A DNA stretch of 64,000 nt. Source: Eledone cirrhosa (taxonomy: Eukaryota). Location of the stretch: the NCBI GenBank assembly GCA_964016885.1, contig OZ024744.1, forward strand, positions 60,264,001 to 60,328,000, in the 5' to 3' direction. Below, one piece after another: positions 39,961 through 50,417 of this stretch (position 1 is the first letter of the stretch; each line of letters opens with the position of its first letter). The notes under the pieces are model-generated. The model saw only the letters and a program-made list of their open reading frames with translations. It searched no databases and was not told the origin of the DNA. Both the position numbers and the translations under genes were made by a program.

Positions 39961-40154
39961 CATAAAACAAAGGATCTTCAAGAAAACTTCAAAAACACGG
40001 TATTCATTTACAAATGTTTACATACAACTTTTATGATTAGTAGTTATCATATTCCTTTTTCTCTTTCTAACTGAAGTGAAGTAAATTTGATATCTTACTG
40101 AAACTCTTATTCTGTCGTGTTTATTCACTTTCAACAACTACTAACTTTGCTTCA

Positions 40155-40437
40155 CTTCAGTCTAGTGATAAAGGTGTTAGACTTATGACCATAATGTTGT
40201 GGGTTCAATTCCTGGATTGGGTTGTGTCTTGTGTTCTTGAGCAAAACATTTTATTTCCTGTTGCTCCAGTATACTCAGCTGAAAATGAGTACCAGCAATA
40301 GCTGGGAGTTTAACCCTGTGATGGATTGACGTTCTGACCAGGGGAGTGTATTGTTCTCTCAGTCACTTAATGCCATGGAAACCGGGATAAGCACCAGCCT
40401 GATGAGTCTTCAGGCTTGAGACAGACTTTAGACTTAG
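40155..40437 (+). mobile_element. tRNA-derived SINE with a CORE-like central domain
   Basis: A/B-box-like tctagtgataaagg and gggttcaattcc, then a CORE-like gtgttcttgagcaaaacattt…cagctgaaaatgagtacc, and a (agactt)n tail. Confidence 0.7.
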
Positions 40438-40716
40438 AATATCAAGATGTAGTTTTACAAAGAACTTCATAATTTGCAAGATGGAGATTGACTTAAGTTA
40501 TGTTCTGCAAAATTAAATTTAATTTTTAAAGCTTCTGAAGAAAGAGTAATATTTTTCTTTCCTTTATTTATTTTAATTTATTTTTGGGTTATACAAGTTA
40601 CTCATAACATTCTATCAGTAACCATTTGTATAATGCATAATGTTATATTACTCTTGAAACATGCTAAGGCATTAAAATTGATTTAGAACAACAATTCAAT
40701 CTTTCTGTTATATATA

Positions 40717-42241
40717 TCTATATATATAAAACTGAGGATGTGTGTATATATGATCGTACCCACATAAGTTCTACAGTCTGCAACTGATTTTCTTCAAATT
40801 TGGAACAAACATGTGTTATGTTCCCAGGAGTGTTTTGGACTCATAAAATTTTCAAGTTTTTGCCTAATGCGGCCTCTAGATAAATATTGGTTGGTTGGTG
40901 GTTCAAAAACTACACACACATACATCTAATATATATTTGTGAAATGGGCGGTGGTTGAAATTCAGATGTGCACGGTTAAATGGTAGTAGACGTGGTCGGA
41001 CGGACATGAAAATTTATACACCTATGTAAAAAGTGCCAAGGAAGCAAATAGATGAGGTTTCAAATCTCTAACTTGAAAAATGTGGTCCCTGGAGCCCCAA
41101 AACTATCGCGTTTGGTGAGTTATTTCCCCCTGTTCTAATACTTTTGTCTAAAAAAACATATCAAAGACAACGTTATTTCGCTGTTAATAAACTTTTGGCT
41201 ACTACAGTACATTTCATTTTCATTTTTAAAATACAATTGCTCTATATTAAATTTAAATAATTCTATAACGATCATACAGTACTGTTTTATGAAATCAATT
41301 CCGCAGTAGAATTTTACGAAATGCCAAAACGAAAAAGGTCACTGTTTTCTAACAAAAGAAATAAAACCCTTACATTGCAAACTCCCTGTTCTAATACTGG
41401 GGTTAGTTATTTCCCCCTCTTCTAATAAATATCTAATATATAGACCCCTCTTGCTGACCAGGGCAATCAAAGTGTAAACTATCATACAGTACCGTTTTAT
41501 GAAATCAATTCTGCAGTACCATTTTACGAAATGCCAAACCGAAAACAGTCTGTTTTCCATCAAAAGAAATAAAACCCTTACATTGCGAAGAAGGGAGTCA
41601 TGTTCTCAAGTACGTTTTTTCAGATATCATTTTCATTTTATTTCTAATACATGTTAACCACCACTAACAGTAAGTAGTATTTTTCAAATCATTGTCTTAT
41701 TTAAAATAACATATCAAAGACAACGTTATTTCGCTGTTAATAAACTTTTGGCTACTACAAGCTTCCATGGCTACGGAGAAAATCGATGAAACAGGAATTT
41801 CCCATTCAAATTGAACTGAGAGTAATGTGTGAACGCAGAAGTAAATATTTCGGGAAACGTTGCAACCGAACGAAAACAGGAAGACGATATTTTGGTTCGT
41901 GAAGACGTTCCCTGGCAATGAACGGGAAAAAAACGAGGATAATACATCGTTATGTGGAGCGTGAAGAACAATTTCATGTAAAGACAAGACCAAGTTTATG
42001 GTATAAATGGAGTCGTTAGACTAATATTCTATTTAAAATAACAGAATGATTTCCAGCCCCGGAGTTTAAGAATGATGTAAATAAAATTGAAAACGAAAAT
42101 GACAGAGGTTATAAAAATAGTAAAAGTAAATAGTGAAGATTTAGTACATACATATGCTCCGAGGAACATACACATACATACGTACACACAAATACATACA
42201 CGCACACACAAATACATACACGCACACACAAACACACACAG

Positions 42242-42289
<48 letters not shown>

Positions 42290-42749
42290 GCGCGCGCGCG
42301 CGCGCGTATGCATAAACCTTATGCATTTCTACAGTATTTTCACCAAACTTAAGACATAGGTTACGTATGTACTCCGGATGGTCATGGGCACTCATTTTTC
42401 CAGATATTGATTATAGGGCCTCCCGGCAGATAACCCCCTTTAACCACTTCCTTGGAGTTGACTGAAGCACTGCAGTGCAATGCAACAAAACGTCATAACT
42501 TCTGGAGTTCGCAACCGATTTTCACCAAACTTGATACATGGGCTACGTTTGTTCTACAGATGAATGTGAACTCTAAGAATTGGCACATATTGGGTAGGGG
42601 ACCCCTGGGGGGGGGGGGGCAGGAACCCCTTTTGGAAAAAGCAGATGATTTTGTAAAAGTATAGTTTTTGAAGCAGCACTGAAGTATTGACATAAATGGT
42701 ATACACAACTGCTATTTAATATCCGAGCAGCGCCGGGTACCTCTGGTAG
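40717..42749 (+). mobile_element. Non-autonomous Helitron with internal duplications
   Basis: Starts A|TCTATATATATAAAACTGAGGATGTG (same head as 44165) and ends with the ccgagcagcgccggg hairpin plus GTAG|T (a CTAG variant). Internal repeats include 41270-41380 vs 41480-41585 and 41155-41205 vs 41705-41760. Confidence 0.7.
42244..42306. repeat. (CA)n-(CG)16 alternating purine-pyrimidine tract
   Basis: A CA run is followed directly by pure CG repeats at 42275-42306. Confidence 0.9.
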
Positions 42750-42863
42750 TATACATATATATCTACAGAGAGTGGAGGAGAAATAGAGAGAGAGTGAGAT
42801 AGGCCATTATACAGAGAGAGGTACAAGATATTCAGATAGAGAGAGAATAGCAATGAACGCTGG

Positions 42864-42936
<73 letters not shown>

Positions 42937-43193
42937 GTATATATATAAAGACAGAGAGAGAGATCTGTGCATTCTTGATTGTTCTCCATTCTGTAGAGAA
43001 AGAGAGAGAGGGTGTGAGAAAAAAGAGAGAGAGGGGTTGAGAAAGAAAGTGTGGGGTGACTAGGGAGGGGAGAAAATGATAGCAGCATTGGATAACTTAA
43101 ACTTTCATTTATTTATTCTTTACAAAATTTGACTCTCCCCCTTCCTCAACCTTACATCTCTTTCTCTCTCTCTTTCACACAAGACATACTGTG

Positions 43194-43271
<78 letters not shown>

Positions 43272-43600
43272 CGTGCGTGTGCGTGTGCGTGTGTGTGTGT
43301 TCGAGGAAGTTACAATGTCTGCACACACACACACACACATCGATGCTATATATATATTTCAGTGATAGCCACTATTCAACAGCTGACAACACAGCAGGGG
43401 ATTGTAGTTGACCAGCTAACTGACCTGCCCACACAACTACCACTACAGTGAAGTAAGTCAACCAGACCAGAACATACATGCAGTTAAAAGCAATTCTAAC
43501 AGGCTGACCTGTTTCTAGGGGAACTGACTGAAGAATTTCAGTAGACTTTCGGCTGGGAAAAGGTATATCTGATCAATGAGGTGACGGCATGTCCTTTGGA

Positions 43601-43892
43601 CTCATCAGGCAGTAAGAACTTGTACAGAAAAAACAAGAAACCACAATGTTGTAACGGATTTTACCTTATTAATTCATTGATATGCTCAGATCAAGAGTGT
43701 GTTGTTAGTCCTCTAAAGAACTGAAAGCATATGATTTAGAATGTACGAACATTCTAAATCATATGCTTTCAGTTCTTTAGAGGACTAACAACACACTCTT
43801 GATCTGAGCATATCAATGAATTAATAAGGTAAAATCCGTTACAACATTGTGGTTTCTTGTTTTTTCTGTACAAGTTCTTACTGCCTGATGAG
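43601..43892. repeat. Perfect 292-bp palindrome (144-bp arms, loop ACGA)
   Basis: 43601-43744 is the reverse complement of 43749-43892 by eye. Confidence 0.93.
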
Positions 43893-43937
43893 GTCATAGC
43901 TGTTGAACAATGGCTATCACTGAAATATGCATAGCAG
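43881..43937 (+). ncRNA. Putative minimal type-I hammerhead ribozyme (Penelope pseudo-LTR type)
   Basis: Stem I CTGC/GCAG, core CTGATGA, stem II GGTCATAGCTGTT-GAAC-AATGGCTATCACT, then GAAA and a palindromic stem III TATGCATA with an AUA cleavage triplet. AATAAA follows at 43946. Confidence 0.7.
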
Positions 43938-44078
43938 CGAATATGAATAAACGAAGCTAATTTTACACTTCTTGTTTTTACATTACTCCAGAGTAAACAG
44001 ACCAACCTGCACACTTCATTGAGTGCTTCAACCTGCATACTAGGGTGTCGGTAAACAACCAACACATACTCAAAATTT

Positions 44079-44173
<95 letters not shown>

Positions 44174-44835
44174 TGAGGATGTGTGTGTATTTCCATACCC
44201 ACATAACTTGTACAGTTTGCAACCGATTTTCTTCAAATTTGAACAAACCAGCCTTAGATAATGCCTCCAAGGAAGAGATCCGCCATTGGTTGAAAAACAC
44301 CAAAAGCTGAGAGAAGGAAAAGAAGAAAAGCAAATGAATCGCCAATGGAGGCTGCAATTAGACGATCTCTAGATGCTGAATGTAAAGCTACTGAAAGAGC
44401 ATTAGAAAATTATGAGCAGCGTTGTATTCACCAGACCAGGAATGCTGTCACAACTGCTGCTGCACGAGCTGCAGAGACCTCGGAAGACCGAAATAATCAT
44501 CTGGAAACTAATGTTCATCAAAGAGCTACTGGGTAGGGTATTTCAAGACCATGCAGTTCACGATGGTTATTGAAAGCATTTGGCTATAACCCTGACCTTA
44601 ATTATGCTAGCCACCCTGAAATGAACATTGGCAATATGTCTACTACTTTCCCATTTTGCAATGCCAAAAAGTGGTCAAGAAAAACACCTGGTATGTGTTG
44701 CGCAAATGGGAAGGTCACATTATCCACACACCCCTCCCCCCTGGAGGATCCACCACATCCATTGCGTCTTCTCCTTACAGGCACAACAGCAGAGTCAAAA
44801 TATTTCCTGAATAACATCCAAAAGTACAATTGTGC

Positions 44836-45267
44836 TGTAGTGACTGAGATGGTCGCTTAGCAGTTGCCTCCCCTTAACAACTCTTCAGAGAGCGGAGGCA
44901 ATACACATCCGGTCACAGACGCTGGTTTGAACAGACGTGAAAGGATTCGCTCCTGATAAAATATTGACTATGCTGTCTTCGTAAAAGACGATGTGAAAAT
45001 GCCCTCCTTCGGATCAAGGGCGCTACGATATCTCGACGAATAGGCATTTGCTTATGTCTGCGTTATTTCTGTACCAGAGAATATTATTACACCCTTTTTT
45101 CTATTAACCCACAAGGTATGTTTAAATTGACGTTGTAGGAAATTTATTAAATATCACATTTAATAAAAGAGTGTTAAATTTGATTGTTCACCCCCTTTCT
45201 GGAGTCATTTATTCAACAAAGAGAAACGATGAATTGTCCATTCATCGACAAACATTCGTTTCCTTTA
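44836..45267 (+). repeat. 5' LTR of element A (432 bp, TG…TA)
   Basis: Direct repeat of 55620-55999, followed by t-TGGTGACC. Confidence 0.92.
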
Positions 45268-45619
45268 TTGGTGACCTTCGACGATTAAGTATGAAAACGC
45301 AGCCTATTTAAATTCGCCATTCGTTTTAACGGCAATGTGGAGTGGCTTAACATTTGGAATGTTCGAATCGGGTAGCTAGACTCACTTAGCGTAAGTCCAT
45401 AAAATTCATAGTATTCCATTTGTTGAAGCACGCGGCCTGCACAATATTTCTGTCATAACTTTCATGGTAACACTAGTAACTCGCGCATACAGACGAACAC
45501 AAAAATACAACACAAAAGAGTCTTCAACGGATTTCGGACTTCCAGTATATCCTGTTGGTCATATAGCTGCTTCAGGGACATAATTCGTCCTTAAAAATGT
45601 TTTCAAATCTTCGGCAATC

Positions 45620-46553
45620 ATGAATCCACATCATTTGCCGACCTTCGCAGGCGACGTCAGATTATGGTTTTCGCAGCTCGAATGCTACTTCGACTTGACC
45701 CATACTAAGGAACCAAACAGGTTAAAGGTCCTGATCAATGGCCTGCCTGTTTCCTTGGCATTCTCGGTGAAGGACGTGGTGACGGATTTGGACGCCGATG
45801 TTACCTACGGCTCGTAAAAAACCGAAATTCTTCGGAGAAATACCAAGTCGGTGGAAAGTCGTTTTCGGGAGTTGTTGGAGGATGCGCAAATGGGTGACAG
45901 AACGCCGAGCTCCTATTTGCGACATTTGCGGGAGTTGAGCGACTCCCAGGGGATGGACACCCCATTCATAAAACAGCTCTTTTCCTCACGTTTTCCGCCA
46001 AGTGCGCAAAGGATTTTGGTTAATAGTTTGGAGAGGGAGTCGTTAGAGCAACTTGCCGCATCCGCGGATAGAATACTTGAGGTGGACTCTAACAGCAATC
46101 GGCATAATCCTTGTGTGGCTTCTTCAGCTGCCCCCCCCCCCCCCCCCCCCCCGCAATTCTTCTGTGGCCGACAGCAAACTGTTGGAGATGATCGAAGCAC
46201 TCACCCAAAAAGTGGAGGATTTGACTGTACAACAGAGAGAGCCTTCTCAACGTTTGAGGTACCGTTCGCCTCCGTCTGCTATTCCTCGAAACCGCTACGA
46301 GTACCGTTCGCCTCCGTCTGCTATTCCTCGAAACCGCTACGAGTACCGTTCGCCTCCGTCTGCTATTCCTCGAAACCGCTACGAGTACCGTTCGCCGCCG
46401 TCTTCTATTCATCGCCAGCACTACAACGTAGACAACAATAATTCTTCGTTGTGTTGGTACCATGCTAACTTCGACAGTAGGGCACAACGTTGTCGCACGC
46501 CCTGTAATTACAAGAGATCGGGAAACGCAAAGCAAGCCACTAGGGACGGCTAG
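45620..46553 (+). pseudogene. gag: gag of element A (premature stop at 45815, poly-C frameshift at ~46140)
   Basis: MNPHHLPTFAGDVRLWFSQLECYF…GDRTPSSYLRHLREL…[18 protein letters not shown] (CX2HX9CX3C). Confidence 0.85.
46259..46410 (+). repeat. 42-bp in-frame tandem repeat in gag A (3 full copies plus a partial)
   Basis: gtaccgttcgcctccgtctgctattcctcgaaaccgctacga repeated, encoding YRSPPSAIPRNRYE. Confidence 0.92.
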
Positions 46554-48514
46554 TGAACTCTGGGAAAATCGACCGAACCGCCAACTTTTCGTATACGACC
46601 TGCGGTCAAAAAAATTTTTCCTTGTCGATACTGGCGCGTCGCTGAGTATTTGGCCAGTCAGTTATCTCAAAAAAACCCCATCTGAATCAAATATAAATCT
46701 ACGAGCAGTCAACCACACGGCCATTCGAACGTACGGGCAAATTTCGCTTCCTCTTCGGTTAAAAAATGTGCGTCGTGATTTGAAGTGGAAGTTTACTATC
46801 GCCGACTTGCCATACGCCATTTTGGGAGCGGATTTTCTCCACCATTTTTCCTTGTTGGTGGACATTCGCAGACAACGCCTTTTTGATGCTGAAACAGGCC
46901 TTTCTTTCGAGGGTTCAGAGCCGGACGTCGCCACTGTCAGCCCTTCCTTTTTCTTGGCTGAAGTAGGCAACCAGTACCAAAGCCTGTTACATTCATTCCC
47001 TCAGTTGACGCAGGGAAAGTTACGAATTACTAGCCCGGATCATGCGATTGAACATTTCATATCCACTACAGGTCCACCTGTTTTCTCACGTCTTCGAAGA
47101 TTGTCTGCAGAGAAGTTGAAAGCTGCACGTCTTGAATTCGACCACATGCTGGAATTAGGAATAATTCGGCGTTCCACAAGTCCTTGGGCATCGCCTCTAG
47201 ATATGGTACTTAAATCTTCTGGTGATTGGAGACCGACGGGTGACTACCGACACTTAAACGCGATTACTGTGCCTGACCGTTATCCAATCCCGCATTTGCA
47301 AGATTTTGCATCGTCATTGCAGGGTTGCAGAATCTTTTCTAAGCTTGATTTGATCCGCGCTTATAATCAAATTCCGGTTAACAAGGAGGATATCCCAAAG
47401 ACTGCTATTGCCACTCCTTTCGGATCATTCGAGTTCCTCACTATGCCTTTCGGCCTTAGAAATGCTGCAAGTACCTTCCAACGATTTATGGATGATGTTA
47501 CTCGGGGCCTGGATTTTGTGTACACGTATATCGATGATGTGTTGATTGCTAGTTCTTCCCCCCTCAGCAGCATTCAAAGCATCTGGATCTCGTATTTCGT
47601 CGTTTACAGAGATATAATGTTCGTATTAATGCTTCCAAGTGTGTTTTCGGCTCGACTTCACTAACATTTTTAGGCCATCTGATTGACGCCGATGGTATTC
47701 AACCTCTTCCTGAGAAGGTTAAGGCAGTATTGGATTTACCTCCGCCAAGTTTACTGCGACAATTACGTCAATTCTTAGGCTTTGTAAATTTTTATAGGCG
47801 ATTCGTACCTGGTTGTTCCAAATTGCTGTTCTCGTTGACAGAAATTTTTAAGGGTTGCCGGCGTAAGAATATGGACATTTCCTTAAATAAAACGCAGCTT
47901 CAGGTTTTTAAAAAAGTGAAAAAGGCGTTAGCGAACGCGTCTTTGCTCCCCCACCCAGTACCCAACGCCGAGCTATCGCTCTGCGTGGATGCTTCGGATA
48001 GCACCGTGGGCGCAGTCTTACAGCAGAAGTGTGATGGGTTACAGCGACCACTCGAGTTCTTTTCGAGGAAGTTAAAGCCTGCCGAAACTCGCTATAGCAC
48101 CTTTGGAAGGGAGCTATTAGCAATTTATTTATCAGTGAAACATTTTGCTCATGTACTTGAAGGTAGAACATTCACCATTTTCACTGATCATAAACCTTTG
48201 ACGTTTGCTCTTCGAACTAAAGCAGACAAATACTCGCCCAGAGAAACGAGACATCTGGACTTCATCTCACAGTTCACGAACGACATTCAACATATTCCGG
48301 GTTCTTTGAATACAGCGGCCGATGCGCTGTCTCGTCTGCCGATCGCATCGATTTCGTCTTCCGAGGAGATAGATTTACATCGAATGGCAGCTGCCCAACC
48401 CACTCTCGAATCGTTGGATGTTACATCGCCCGCCAGAGTTTGTACATTGCAAACTGAAATACATTCCGATCTCAACTGCTGACGGACAAATACTGTGTGA
48501 TGTTTCGTTGGACT
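46520..48514 (+). pseudogene. pol: pol of element A, 5' part (protease, RT, RNase H), frameshifted
   Basis: [47 protein letters not shown] and TDHKPL. Frameshifts at ~47560 and ~48435. Confidence 0.88.
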
Positions 48515-48740
48515 TGTAGTAAGACGCCTCACGCTCTTTGATAGAACAACGCCGGTTGAGAACGCCAGAAAGAAAAGACAGACAGCCACTGGAAAGCCGA
48601 CGGATCACACGCCAGATACCAGCCTCTGTACAACACCATTGTTTGTGCTACAACAAAAAATAAACGTATATTTCATCTCTAATTTCTGCTGTTATTATGT
48701 CACTTGCATCTCGATAACATCTACAACTAATACTGCTAAA
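48515..48740 (+). repeat. 5' LTR of element B (TG…AA)
   Basis: Direct repeat of 53789-54014, containing AATAAA. Confidence 0.95.
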
Positions 48741-49633
48741 GTGGTGACCGACGTAAGAATTTAACGCAGCCCTTCTTTTTCATCAATTGACCTTTTATTG
48801 CCACATTGTCGGCCCTTTTTTTCGCATCTTGCGAAAATAAAAAATAATCCTTTTAAAATTATCGAAAAGTTAGTAGTATTTCAAAAACTTTTTGCTACAC
48901 TTGACAACAACAACGACAGCAGCAGCAGCGACAACATTGTTTAACCACTGACCAAAACAGGGAATAGTGAGTGGCAGCTTCATAGCCTTACCGACGCAAA
49001 CCACCACACATCGGAAATATCAAAACGATTCATTCGTGTCGATAATTTAGAGCAACTTTTTTTTATTCACTTGAATATTCCATTTCCGTTGCCAACTTTT
49101 TCGCAACTTACAGAAGAAAAAAGAAAAAAGTGTATTTTTCCAATGTGGCGTTGCGTTCCTTCCCCGTTTTGTAACGGACACATTTTTTGAATTGCGTATG
49201 TGTTCCATGACTGATCTAGAGAGAAGAGACTAAACTTTTTTTTGTGAACATAACTGCCCCGCATGGGGATATACATGCCTTACCTTTTTCTTAGGGCTTT
49301 TTAGCCACTGGCTACCTTTGTTGATATCCAACGCGGATATATTTTTTTAAAAAAAAGCAAACATTTTTTTTTCTTCCTCTTTTTTACCTTATTTGATTTG
49401 GCTGGTTCGTTGAAGCAACGCGAGGGGACAGACGTTGAAGGAAAAATTTTTTTTTAAAGATATATATCTGTATTTTATGTATTTTGCATATTTCCTTATG
49501 TTTTGAATGTCTGTTTCTTTTTGCCCTTTAACTTTTTCTCAATATTGGCTGTTCTCTTTTCACTGTACAAGGGTGCATTAATTGCTCTTTCGATATATAG
49601 GTATATATATTTGTTTTAATTTTAAAAGTTGAC

Positions 49634-50417
49634 ATGAATGTACCACATTTGCCCGCCTTTACTGGAAAACCTAAGATGTGGTTTGCCCAGTTACAGGCGT
49701 ATTTTACGGTCTGTAAGACCGAATCTGACCAGCGCCTCGCTGTACTGATTAGCGGCCTTCCCCCTAATCTAGCAGATTCGGTCCAAGACCTAATTACAGA
49801 CCCCCCCCCCCCCCTCTGACTTGACGTATGAGTTTTTGAAGGGCGAGATTTTGAGGAGGAATTGTAAGTCGGTAGAGAGTCGTTTTCGGTCACTGATCGA
49901 GGACGAACGATTAGGTGACAGGACCCCTACCGCTTTTCTCCGGCATTTGCGGGATTTGAGCGATTCCGAAGATCAGGATAGCCCTTTCCTGAAGCAATTG
50001 TTCTTCTCTCGCCTACCTCAAGAGGTACAGGCGATCCTAGCCCATATGCTAGAGGTGAATACCCTGGATCACATTGCTGTCTCTGCTGACAAAATTGTAG
50101 AGGTGACGAAGAGAGACACTTCGAAGCCAAAGTACGTTGCTTCCTCTTCTCTTCCTCAATCACGCTCATCAGCGTCTGATGACAAATTAATCACCACAAT
50201 GGAAGCCATGACTCGTCAAATGGCGGAGTTGTGCACGGAATTCAGGTCCTTTGGACGGCAGAGGAGCCGCTCACGACGTTATTCAACTTCTCGCCACCGT
50301 AGCCCTTCCAACACACCAGGAACAACATATTGTTATTACCATGAAAGATATGGTAAAAAAGCCGCCCGTTGTAGGCCTCCTTGTGCTTACGAGGGAAAAG
50401 ACGACCAGAGTCACTAA
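49634..50417 (+). CDS. gag: Gag of element B (CHCC knuckle), with a single +1 frame break in the C14 run at 49801-49814
   Basis: [24 protein letters not shown]…DPPP|[14 protein letters not shown]…[18 protein letters not shown], colinear with gag A. Confidence 0.8.

Noticed and set aside
40398-40430. CTGATGAG motif suggesting another hammerhead
   Set aside because: There is no downstream GAAA or stem III. It is part of the SINE 3' region.
42029-44357. Many ORF-track entries with YIYI, CVCV or HTHT runs (also at 3340, 8600 and 19056)
   Set aside because: They are translations of (TA)n and (CA)n microsatellites, not genes.
46259-46410. Regular repeats here and at 32209-32492 resembling a CRISPR-like array
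   Set aside because: They are head-to-tail tandem repeats without unique spacers, inside eukaryotic retroelements.
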